DNA of 64,000 nucleotides from Chrysomallon squamiferum (taxonomy: Eukaryota; Animalia; Mollusca). The stretch lies in the NCBI GenBank assembly GCA_012295275.1, contig CM022669.1, positions 124,001 through 188,000 on the forward strand, written 5' to 3'. Of the stretch, positions 45,841-57,990 are shown piece after piece. Each line of letters starts with the position of its first letter. The stretch's first letter is position 1. The translations under genes were made by a program, and so were the position numbers. The notes beneath the pieces are model-generated. The model was not told where the DNA came from, made no database searches, and saw only the letters and a program-made list of their open reading frames with translations.

Positions 45841-45869
45841 CTTTTGGAAAGTCAGAACAGACATCAAAC

Positions 45870-45984
45870 ATGAGGGAGTATGTTATTTGCGTTGTCATCT
45901 TTATAAACCTTTTTATTCTTGCAGGCAAAATAGGTGAGTCTAAATGTATTTATCATTTAACATTTATTATTATCATCATCATCA

Positions 45985-46046
<62 letters not shown>

Positions 46047-49022
46047 TAAACTTCGTAATTTAAATTAATTATTAATTTGTTATGCTCGCAATTTTCATCA
46101 TCATTACTCGTTGCTTTATTGATTCATTAAGAGATTCAAAGAACGACTCAGGAACTGACTGATAAGATCAATTAAAAATCCATTTAACGACTAGAGATTA
46201 ACTTAATTTATTAAGTCACTTAGTCTCTCTGGCTCGGTCATCACTCCCAAAGTTTACAAATTAAGTCAACTAACTTCTCACTCGAGCGCAAATTTAAATT
46301 TTTTAAATTATTTTACAGCATCGGAATGCCATGAAAATTTTCAGCGATATGAAAATAAATGTTTTTATATAAGTGATGGACAACCCATTAACTGGTATGA
46401 ATCAAAGGTAAATATAAATAACTCCTTACTTTATTTTTGTCACACTTTTTGTAATATACTTACTGAAATATATACTGGCTATGATTTTCAGAAATGTTGA
46501 GAAATGTTCTTTCTCCTTAAAAAGCCATCACGTCTTTCATTTACTTTATAAAATACAGACAGAAAAACTGGATGGATTTGTTAAATAAATCAAGAGGTAA
46601 TCGATTGTTACTGTATAAATCAGGTAAAACCAGACTTGTACCACTGACCAATTGTTACAGTGTCAATCAGGTAATCTCAGACTTGTGCCACAGACCAATT
46701 GTTACAATGTAAATCATGTAATACCAGACTTTTACCACTGACCGATTGTTACAGTGTAAATCAGGTAATCCCAGACTTTTACCACTGACCGATTGTTACA
46801 ATGTAAATCATGTAATACCAGACTTTTACCATTGACCGATTGTTACAATGTAAATCATGTAATACCAGACTTGTGCCACTGACCGATTGTTACAATGTAA
46901 ATCAGGTAATATCAGACTTTTACCACTGACCGATTGTTACAGTGTACATCAGGTAATACCACTGACCGATGGTAAATCAGGTAATACCACTGACCGATTG
47001 TTACAGTGTAAATCAGGTAATACCACTGACCGATTGTTACAATGTAAATCAGGTAATACCACTGACCGATTGTTAAAGTGTAAATCAGGTAATACCACTG
47101 ACCGATTGTTACAGTGTAAATCAGGTAATACCAGACTTGTACCAATGACCGATTGTTACAATGTAAATCAGGTAATACCACTGACCGATTGTTACAATGT
47201 AAATCAGGTAATACCACTGACCGATTGTTACAATGTAAATCAGGTAATACCACTGACCGATTGTTACAGTGTAAATCAGGTAATACCACTGACCGATTGT
47301 TACAGTGTAAATCAGGTAATACCAGACTTGTACCAATGACCGATTGTTACAATGTAAATCAGGTAATACCACTGACCGATTGTTACAATGTAAATCAGGT
47401 AATACCACTGACCGATTGTTACAATGTAAATCAGGTAATCCCACTGACCGATTGTTACAGTGTAAATCAGGTAATACCAGACTTGTACCAATGACCGATT
47501 GTTACAGTGTAAATCAGGTAATACCACTGACCGATTGTTACAGTGTAAATCAGGTAATACCAGACTTGTACCAATGACCGATTGTTACAATGTAAATCAG
47601 GTAATACCAATGACGGATTGTTACAGTGTAAATCAGGTAATATCAGACTTGTACCACTGACCGATTGTTACAATGTAAATCAGATAATACCACTGACCGA
47701 TTGTTACAATGTAAATCAGGTAATATCAGACTTGTGCCACTGACCTATTGTTACAATGTAAATCAGGTAATACCACTGACCGATTGTTACAATGTAAATC
47801 AGGTAATATCAGACTTGTGCCACTGACCTATTGTTACAATGTAAATCAGGTAATACCACTGACCGATTGTTACAATGTAAATCAGGTAATATCAGACGTG
47901 TGCCACTGACCGATTGTTACAATGTAAATCAGGTAATATCAGACTTGTGCCACTGACCGATTGTTACAATGTAAATCAGGTAATATCAGACGTGTGCCAC
48001 TGACCGATTGTTACAATGTAAATCAGGTAATATCAGACTTGTGCCACTGACCGATTGTTACAATGTAAATCAGGTAATATCAGACGTGTGCCACTGACCG
48101 ATTGTTACAATGTAAATCAGGTAATACCACTGACCGATTGTTGCAGTGTAAATCAGGTAATATCAGACTTGTGCCACAGACCGATTGTTACAATGAAAAT
48201 CAGGTAATATCAGAGGTTATTCCAGTAACCGACTGCTATCGTATATATCGAGTAATACCATAAGTGTATTATTAATCGATTGTTACCGTGTAAAACTACT
48301 ATTTTATAACTTTTCTTTGAGACGAAGTGTAAAGAACTTGATTCCATGCTGGCGAATACATTGACTCATGCCCAAGACCGATATATAAGATCAGTGTTGA
48401 TGAATAGAAAATACAAAACAAAGTTATCATGTAAGTCTGAGTCAGTTTGTATACATACACACACACACACACACACACATACATACATACATAATCTTAG
48501 ACACACACATACATAGTACATAGTATATACATACATATATACATACACACACGTACATACATACATACATACATACATACATGCATATACTTACATACCA
48601 ACGTATAATTTCTAATTTAGTGGGCCCATTTGGATTGTTTTCAGTGAGTTCTTTAACAAATTTTTCCTGTTGAAATGTACACAAATACACAGAAATACCC
48701 AAAACGATCCGAAAACTGTGCAGACATATAATAATATTTTCAGTGGACTACTGGATTTCCGCAATGATATTTGTGGGTCATATTAAGTGGTTTAATAGCG
48801 GTCAACCAACTAACATAAGCTACTCAAACTGGGTTAAAGGTCAGAAGTTCGACTGGTCAACCACAGTGACTTGTGTATTCATGGCTGATCACTATAACTT
48901 CCAGTGGATTACTGACGAATGCACCAAACTAAAGAATTATATCTGCCAGCATAATGAGGTTAAATATTTCATTCACTTTCTATATATATGTGTGTGTGCA
49001 CACACACACACACGCACACTCG

Positions 49023-49064
<42 letters not shown>

Positions 49065-49103
49065 AACATATGAATAAATATTCTGTTTCTTTAGTATGTC
49101 TGA
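45870..49103 (+). CDS. Secreted single-domain C-type lectin-like protein
   Basis: Exons: 45870-45933 (signal peptide MREYVICVVIFINLFILAGKI), 46319-46407 (SECHENFQRYENKCFYISDGQPINWYESK), 48322-48430 (TKCKELDSMLANTLTHAQDRYIRS...; GAG acceptor), 48744-48958 (DYWISAM..KWFNSG..YSNWVKGQ..CVFM..FQWITDECTKLKNYICQ). A tiny last exon at 49095-49103 (YV*) is tentative. All six CTLD cysteines are present. Confidence 0.85.
46600..48290 (+). repeat. 36/47-bp minisatellite (~40 units) in lectin intron 2
   Basis: Unit tgtaaatcaggtaataccactgaccgattgttaca(g/a), with or without an 11-nt insert gacttgtacca. Confidence 0.95.
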
Positions 49104-50166
49104 TTAGACTGCCAAAACACAATATTCGTCACAGAGTCGAGGCACGAACATCAGGCGCCCATTCCTCCGCACTCCGCAGTCGGACGAAAATTGCTCATTA
49201 ACCGAAAGTAATCATCGCTTCCTACGAAGTTTACGTATGTGTGTATGCGTGTGTTTGTGTGTGTGTGTATGTGTCTGAATGTATATACCTTCGATACACG
49301 AAGGTATGTACGTGACCGTTTTGCTTATGGCTTCAACTATTTATCACAATGTTTGGGACATAATCCAGTTTTTAATAAAACAAGGAAATTAGAGTGGATT
49401 ACCTTTATCTTAAAGATTTACATAAGGATAAAAAGTTATGAAACAAAGTTATAATGATACGAAGGTTTGACACAAAGTGATTATAGTAGGAAAATAATTT
49501 TAAAAGATGAAACTGATTTTAATTTATCAGAAAAAAATATTGTAGGATAAAGTTATGAGACAAAATGGTTATTATATAAAGTTATGAAATAAATGTATTA
49601 TAATATAGAGTTATAAAACGATATAAATTTAATAAAATGTTGTCAGGTGGTTTTAAATGGAGATATTATTAGTACCTCCTGTGCAGATGAGAAAATCAAA
49701 GACTTTTCGCATTCATTAAATCTGTTCGTAATAAAAAAATTCTCACAGGACATCGATAACATCAGTGTTATAATGGTTAATCGTACTTGATTCAGAATCT
49801 GGAAGAAATTTATGTTTTAACTCAATCTTTCAAATAAATTTAAATTCTATGACATTACCGATCACGATTACTGAAAAAAGCATTTAAAAGGACTCAGTAA
49901 CTGAAAAACAACATTACACTGCTGTCTTTTCACACACACACACGGTAATTTATTTATTTATTTATTTTAATCCTTGATTGTTAATACCAGTATAGGCAGA
50001 CTTATTTAAACAGTTTGCTAAGGATTTCAACTAGTATTAATTAATTTATTTTATTATTTTTGTGATAAATATTTACATTGGTCAGTTTTTCTTTGTATAA
50101 AAATAACATTGATACATTTTTACATTTTTGTCTTAGATGCCAGAAATTCTATGTTTATCATCGTAT

Positions 50167-51718
50167 TTAATTTAACTTTCGTTGGAAAATGTAGCCATAT
50201 CCCCCAGCGTTGCAGTCCTTGTCCTTCCATCGGTGATTTTCTTCATTTGACAGAAGTAAACAGCTCTGAGCCCCCGAGACGTCAGTTCCGATAGCCACGG
50301 GCCCAATTAGTGACGCGCATTTCATATTTACTGTCTCCGTCGAACCATTTAAAATGTCCGTATTTACAAACACCGCCGATCCAGTAACCCACTGAAAATA
50401 AACGAATGTGTGTTCTGTAATTTAAAATCTACTTACAAATGTCTTTATCACAGAATATACAGATACCTAACAGATACCCAAACTTCCCTTAAGCACCCAC
50501 AGATATATATGATAGCTGACACAAAATAAAATTAGAGATGTTAAATAAAGTACATGTATATGTTTTCCACCATTCAGTCTGAAGTCTTACTTTCGGGATA
50601 TAAAGCTGTCGTGTTTTTCAGCAGCTGCAACTGTAGAAACTGGATTTCTCCGTTATTCAGACCAAAAGCCAGACAGACTCTCTAACTGAGCACATAAACT
50701 GAAATGAAATAACAAATATATACGTGTGTGCTTCGACGTGCGTACAGTCTTTCTAAAGCATTTATGTAGTTATGAATCTTTACATAATTTCTTGCGCAAA
50801 GATCGAACCCAACTGTTGTTTGTTGTTGGCGTTTTTGTTTTTTAATTTTAATTTTGTTTTTTTAGTTTTTAATTTTTTATATTTTTATTACTATTCTCTA
50901 ATTCTTTTAATTTGTCGAAAATTGTTTAAGCCTTTGTCTCAAATATTTTTGTATGGTAATTATATTTTACTTTACTACGTTTTAACATTTTAACATTTTA
51001 ACGTGCTTAATCACTGGTATCCATTCTTGTCATAAATGGATTTGAATGATATACTGATGTGTGATTCAGATTAAAATGAAAAACAGCGATGAGGTTTGAC
51101 AGAATCATAACAGATATAAAGAAATTACCACTGCATTAAACCAGTTGTCTGCTGGTCCCTGCTCAGTGTAATAACATTTTTGTGCATAGTATATAAACGG
51201 TTTCTTGCATTTGCCCTCCAAAAATAATTAGACTGACATTCTATGAACTGAATGATTTCACGTATCGTCATGTCCATTTCTTTCCCAGTACATTACATAG
51301 AAATCCGCCATTTTACTTCATTAGAATGACACAAGGCAAGCATAAATATTTTTATTAAACTATATTAGGGGTTTATTTTGACTTATATAATAAATTTTAT
51401 TATTTACTGAACTGTATAAATTCATTAAATATTGATCTAGTATACCTGCCTACATATACATACATACATAAATAGAAACAAACACACATGCACATATACA
51501 AACGTAAATATCCCACACACACACACACACACACACATACACAAACACATGCAAACATAGAGATCTACATCAAAAATATTAACAAAAACAACAGTAATAA
51601 TAATAACAATGCTGTGAATAAAAATAAATAAATAAATAAATAAATAGTTCTCACCATTCCTGATTACAAGCGACATCAGGATTAGCAAAGAGATAATACA
51701 AAGAACAGATATCTTCAT
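50167..51718 (-). pseudogene. C-type lectin paralog, disabled
   Basis: Exons: 51718-51655 (MKISVLCIISLLILMSLVIRN), 51217-51129 (GKCKKPFIYYAQKCYYTEQGPADNWFNAV; acceptor reads GG, not AG), 50698-50591 (108 nt, -1 frameshift vs 109 nt in the paralog), 50391-50167 (GYWIGG..KWFDG..TNWARGY, frameshift, QSCLLL..RWKDKDCN..YIFQ; last Cys replaced by Phe). Confidence 0.82.
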
Positions 51719-51971
51719 GTTAAAAATACCAATTTTTAATTATTTATATTTTATGCGTTTTTCATTTATACCGATCAAAATATCGATAAATGGTATTTTT
51801 TTATGTTCTTTTTTAATCGGTTAACCTAATTATACATATTACGTATTATGCACATATATACTTCTGTGAATTAAAATGTGTATAATTAAATGTTCCGATT
51901 GGTTAAAAGATCTCATATTCATTATGGATAGAATATTTATTGTATTATGCCTAATCAGTTTTTGAATAAAT

Positions 51972-51975
<4 letters not shown>

Positions 51976-52060
<85 letters not shown>
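51976..52060. repeat. (CT)n microsatellite
   Basis: Pure ct run. Confidence 0.97.
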
Positions 52061-52062
<2 letters not shown>

Positions 52063-53529
52063 AGGAGATTAAAAATAAATCAGAGAAAGCTGTTGTTGAC
52101 CCTTTATGTGCTGTAAATGTGTTGAGTTTGTCCGAAAAACATTTTATACCAACTATACGCCAATACGTTTATAGTTTCAGTAAGTAAAAACTCAAGTAAA
52201 ATAAATAAGATTATGTTTTTATAGCTTTAGAACAGTTAGTCGTTAAGTTTCTTTATTTCAGAAAAGAACAATTAATGAAAATAAACATAGTTATGTATTC
52301 ATCGAAACAAAAAATGATTTGAATCAAGTTAATGTTGTATATTGCAAAATAAATTAGAATTAACAGTTCCCGAAGACTTAGGAACACAAAGTAATCAGAA
52401 TTGTTTGTTGTTACATACCAGAGAACGAACGTTAATTGAAAAAAAACCCAGATATATTTCATTAAAGAATAATGTATTCAAGGCAACGACAGTGCCATAT
52501 AAAACAACCACAGCAACTTTACTGCTACTACTATTAGCCTACTTCCACTAATGCTGCTATTATTGTTACTACAACTACTACTTAAATTATAATAATAATA
52601 AGAAGAAGAAGAAGAAGAAGAAGAATACACTTCTTTAATATATAGGTTTTTAATATTTATGCTAAACACATTTATTATTATTTATCAGTAAATGATTTCT
52701 CTTTCAGACAAAGATAGAGACAGAGTGAAGATGTTCTTATATTCGTTAACAAGGAAATAAAAAGAATAAAAAAATATATAAAAAATGTTTTGATTGTATC
52801 ATCTGTGTTAGATAAACAGATAACAATTTTTATTTTCAGTTTAGTTTTTTTATCATTATTATTAAGTTTATTCAAGTTACACTAATGATACTAATGTGTA
52901 CAAATAAAATAAATGCTTATGTGGATTAGCCAATGTCTAAATGCAATTAAAGAAAAACATCAAAATTAATAACGCCTGTTATTGCAAATTTATTTTCGTT
53001 AATTATTATTATTATTATATTTTTTAATATATATATATAAAGTGAAATGTTGTTTTCGGATAGTTTAAAATTTATTTCACGCACAAATTTTTTTACAAAT
53101 ATTACAAAATAAATAAAATTTGTTAGTTCTGATCGTTTTATATCTCATTAAAGTTAAAACTTTTTTATTTCTTTTTTGTTGTTTTTTAATGATTCATTGA
53201 ATTTTATATTAATAATTAACCAGTTAATTAAATAATTGTTTATGACACCAGACAATACCTCTTTCCGAAGCGGATTATCTACGTTTCCCAGTTGTACGAT
53301 ATAAATAAATAAGTAAATAAATAAAGAAATAAAATTGATTTCCGTAATTATGGCTGTACCCTCTCGTCTCATGTTCAACGACAATGTTATTGAAAACATG
53401 ATTACTTAGGGTCTACTGTTTCGAAACAGCGTCCAGTGAGGAAGCTAGATGCGAAACGATCAAAGCAAATTAAAAGTTTTTTCTCCCATGCCAGACTAAG
53501 TTATAAAAACTAGATTGTTGTTTCTGCGG

Positions 53530-53841
53530 TCAGACGACAATTGATAATGAAAAACGTGTAAATGTGACATTGCTCATATCCGTCATCTCAGGTTTACTGT
53601 GTCGCGTGCTAATTCGAAATGTATTTTGTCCAGTGACAAATAGTAAGCAATGTTTAAGGAAAAATTCTTTCAGAATTTTTTGTGTACCTTTTAGAGATAA
53701 ATACTGAAGTGCGGGGTAATCCGTTGACACAAAGTTAGTGTTCAGACATAGACACTTTGTTGGTAATTTAGACACGGGAATCAGAATCTCAAAGGATTTG
53801 ACAGTACAGAAAGTTTCTTTTCTCTGAATGCTGAATGACAA
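53530..53841 (-). mobile_element. Possible very old hAT (Charlie/Buster-like) transposase C-terminal relic
   Basis: Weak resemblance of TVKSFEILIPV..TKCLC..F.ST and F.R..TDM...RF to the hAT dimerisation region; no TIRs recognised. Confidence 0.25.
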
Positions 53842-56118
53842 TGAAACACTTTGGTAGCACGAGCAAAAGATATAATGTTTTCTGTTAAAATAGAATTTTT
53901 AAAAGACGCTAAAATAGACCCTTCGTTATTTCTAAAAGAAAAGCGTTTTCATTCGCATTGACAGTCATGAAAAGCAAGTAAATTTTACATTTTTAATTGA
54001 ATTAAAATAACCATATCTTTGCAACCGTTGTAACTTTGATATACAGGAATGTAAGGTTTTAATTTAGTTTTGTTTCTCTTTCAATAATTGTATAAACAAA
54101 AGAACAATTAGTATAATTAATACACCAATTAGTGTATGCAGTAACACAGACTAAAAAAAATATGGCAGTTTACGACTAATTAAACGTAAGTTCATTTCTA
54201 TGCATTTTCTATAAATACCTGAAAATTGTCAACAAACGTTCGAATGACCTATTATTAGTAATAACTTTTAATATTACCCTATTTATTGTATATATCTTGC
54301 ACATATATACAATTTCTTGTTTAAAAAGTAATGACACGGACACATTTTCATATAATAAAAAATAACGATGTAAATACAGAGACAGAAAGAATGAAGCAAT
54401 AATAATTATTACTGTTTACTGTTACTGTAACTACTACTAGTCGTTATTAACTTATTAAGAGTCTAGATTCAGAATACTAAATAACTGTTTGTTGGTTGGT
54501 TGTTTTGAGTATTTTATTTTATTTTATATTAGTACATTGGAAATGCTATGGGTCAGGGATCATGATACATTTGAGAAACGATTTCAGATGCGTATATACT
54601 GGGTTTTTTTACTGTCCTAAAGCTGTCTCAGTTTCCCAATATTCCAATTATCTGGCATTCTGGAAAAACAAAACAAACTGTGGCGTCATAACAGTTGCCT
54701 GAGAGTTTATGAGATTTATGAGTTTACATTTTTATAGATTATTATTGTGTTTTAATTTTGAATACAAAAACAAAAATTAAAAAATTATATTTTATATTTA
54801 TTTATTTTTATTATTATCTCTTTCTTTATTTATTTGATTTATTTATATTGACTTACTTTTTCTTCTTCTTCTTCTTTTTTTTTTTTTTTTTTTTTGCCAA
54901 ATTATTTTCTAAAATTAATATTCAGAAACTATTAATACCAAGATTTCTTTAACAGTTTTAAATATGTGTGCTAAAGTTATTTCCGTTTCAACCTTCCAGG
55001 CATAGTCCCAAAAATGATAATAATTAACTTTAGGCCTTCAGTTTACATCATGATCAGAGGATAAAGCCAAAGTACTCAGAGTTGTAATGAAAATATAAGT
55101 AATGTTTTCATATTCTACCTTAATATTGTAAAACATGAACGTGAATGGATATCTTCCGCATTTTAGGCCTACCTGTAAATTATTGAACTTTTGTATTTTT
55201 AAAATAACATAAAGCAATTTTACACGGTCTAATTTACAATGCGCCCACCACTGTGTTCATAGTAAATATAATATGTCAATGAATACATTTTATTTAGTTT
55301 ATTATGATTATGAGGAACATCAGTTTGGAACTGAAATAAAGGCAGCGAACAATTCCAGCCGCTGTGAAACCAGCGAACGATAACTCCAGTGAATAATGTA
55401 TCGCACGTCTGTTCTTTGAAACAAATAAAAGTTTAAATTTCTAAGGTGTGAAACATGCTCACTTTTATTATTAAAAAAAGCACACGTTTTTGAAAACTGT
55501 ATCAAAATTAAAATTTCAAATATGTAATGCAATTTATTTTCGAAATATGGTGATTGTTATGTATCATTCCACAACGGACATATTGTTCGCTAGCTCAGTA
55601 GCTGAGTTTGAGGAAAACCAAATTTATACTATCAGTTTACCATATTCTCAACCACCATTTCTAATATTTTTATATCCAGATATATCAGATATATTTACTT
55701 CATTTTTGATCATTTATGATAATGAGCAAATTTGTCTTGTTTTCAGATTCCAGTCGTTACTTTTCGACACTGGTTGTTAAAAGGAGATGGCAGCAGTTGT
55801 TAACAATAGCTTGTATAAGAATCATTTCAAAAATCAAAGCCATTCACGTAAGTTTAAAGTTAATCCTATTTCAAACAGTGTATCATAACCTTATGTCTGG
55901 CTATTGAAAATATATTTAACAACAAAGGTCTTAACTATATGCTTCAATAAATGGACTGTATAAACCACTTCAATTGTGACCAACAGACAATTAAATGCGA
56001 TAACATAAATAACTCTGTATATCGTCTATTCCATAATAAGAGAACATTTAGAAAATGCATGGACATGTGCATCAAGAAGCTTGGTTTAAGGGCATTGTAC
56101 TGTTTTCCAGACTGTGTA

Positions 56119-56525
56119 CCTGTAAGTCGTCATTGGCAATATTGATCATCTTTTTACAGACAGAACTAAATGCTGTGACATAAATCTCTATATGTGGTCT
56201 AAACCATATTAGTACCTAGTATTGTTAGGAACTGCATAGACATTTGTGTCATGAAATTCAGTTTAAGAGCAGCAGATGTTTCACTAGGGGTGTTCCTGTA
56301 AGTCGTCATTAGCAGTATTGACCTTCTTTTTACAGACAGAACTAAATGTTGTGACATAAATCTCTATATGTGGTGTAAACCGTATTAGTATGTAATGTTA
56401 GGAACTGCATAGACATTTGTGTCATGAAATTCGGTTTAAGAGCAGCAGGGGTCTCACTAGGGGTGTTCCTGTAAATTGTCAATAGCAGTATTGACCTTCT
56501 TTTTATGCTGTGGCATAAATCTCTT
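56119..56525 (+). repeat. ~175-bp tandem repeat (about 2.3 copies) inside the insertion
   Basis: cctgtaagtcgtcatt.gca.tattga.c.tctttttacagacagaactaaatg recurs at 56119, ~56295 and ~56468. Confidence 0.85.
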
Positions 56526-57033
56526 TAATTTAGATTAAAGTCTTGAACATTTTTGACGCATTATTTTGTGTAGTAATGTTCTTTCTGTTTATGTTCTTAT
56601 ATGTATCAGTAATTCTAATAAACTTTATTGGTGTGTATGTGTTCTCACTAATTGATAAATCAGAACTGCCACTTCAGAATAAACTATTATTTTTACTGTG
56701 TCACCTTTTTCATAAGCAGATCATAGGCACATTCTTAATTTTCACATTTGCTTCTCAGGTATCATTGTTTCTATAAGTTTTTCATAATATAATAAGTTGT
56801 ATCAATTCAGATATTTCTTCACTTTATTTTTGCAGTGTATGAAAAGTGGAAAATGTCATTCATTTATTGAAATTCCTTATCCACAGATGGACATTTGGAT
56901 GGGATGACATTTTTTTTTATTTTTTTTACTTTTATGTAAGAACAGTGTTCATGTACTTTGCTGTGATGAAGGATATTTTTTGTCAAATCCTGGGTTTTTT
57001 TAACAAGACTGTAACAAAACATTTCAGACTGAT

Positions 57034-57990
57034 ATGTCAGATGAAGATCAGACTTGTGAGGAGGAGCAACTTTTTGAGGACAATGTTTATGAGGCAGTCA
57101 CACCAGAAAATGATACCTCTGATGATTATGATAATAATTTCTCATTATGGGAAAAATTTAAGAAGAGAAAATGGATTCTTGTTTGTTGTGATGGTGACAG
57201 TTTACTAAAAATGGAAGTACAAAATGGTGAAATGAAACCTATAACAGATTTACAAACATGCAGATCATTGTTATTATTTTATGACAAAAATATCATAAAC
57301 AGAGTATCATTAGACACATTACATTTTAGTAAAAAAAAAAGAATAAGAAACAAACAGATTTTCTCATTGATTATAATCCAATAAAGAAGCAAACACTGGA
57401 ATATTTTGTTAGCACTGAAATTGATGGTGTAACAGTAAATGCAGTAAGAAATAACATTCTTCAACATGATAACTGCCTTAATAGTAGCCACATTAATGTA
57501 TTTGTGTCTGTACTACAAAAACAACTGAAAAAAATCAAAATATTCACATGGTAGATTGTAGTTGTTAATTCAGAAGATTTTAGTTAATGGTGATACAGAT
57601 CAACCTAGATGGACATTTCACATTGCAGAAAGTAAAAGTAAAAGATGGTTTGATTATAAATATGTTGTTGTACCAATGAAAGAAATACTCATTGGACAAT
57701 AATAGTAATAGACATACCTAATAAAGTACTGTTCTACTGTGATTCATTTGGGAATAAAAAATAATGAAGTCATTTTTTATATGTTCAGGTATTTAATGCT
57801 GGAACATGATGTATTATGGAAAACCATTAAATATCACCCTGTGGTCTTTTGTTAATTACTCTGAAATGCCAGGTTTTCCCACACAAACTGATACCAGTAG
57901 CTGCAGACTTTATGTTTGTGCTGTAGCAAAAGCTATTTTAACTAATAAGTGTATTCCTAAATGTCCAACTTATTTTTATACAGACATGAA
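57034..57990 (+). pseudogene. Decayed Ulp1/SENP-type (peptidase C48) domain
   Basis: Frameshifted pieces LNSSHINVFVSVL, WFDYKYVVVPM, HWTIIVIDIPNKVLFYCDSFG (His at 57690) and PTQTDTSSCRLYVCAVAKAI give the H-D-Q-C arrangement of C48 proteases. Confidence 0.75.

Noticed and set aside
46492-46600. Candidate lectin exon 3 after tttcag (KC*EM...)
   Set aside because: In-frame stops; a clean 109-nt exon exists at 48322-48430.
48959-49201. ORF extension of the lectin through a CA repeat (HTHTHT)
   Set aside because: Low-complexity read-through; more likely intron or UTR.
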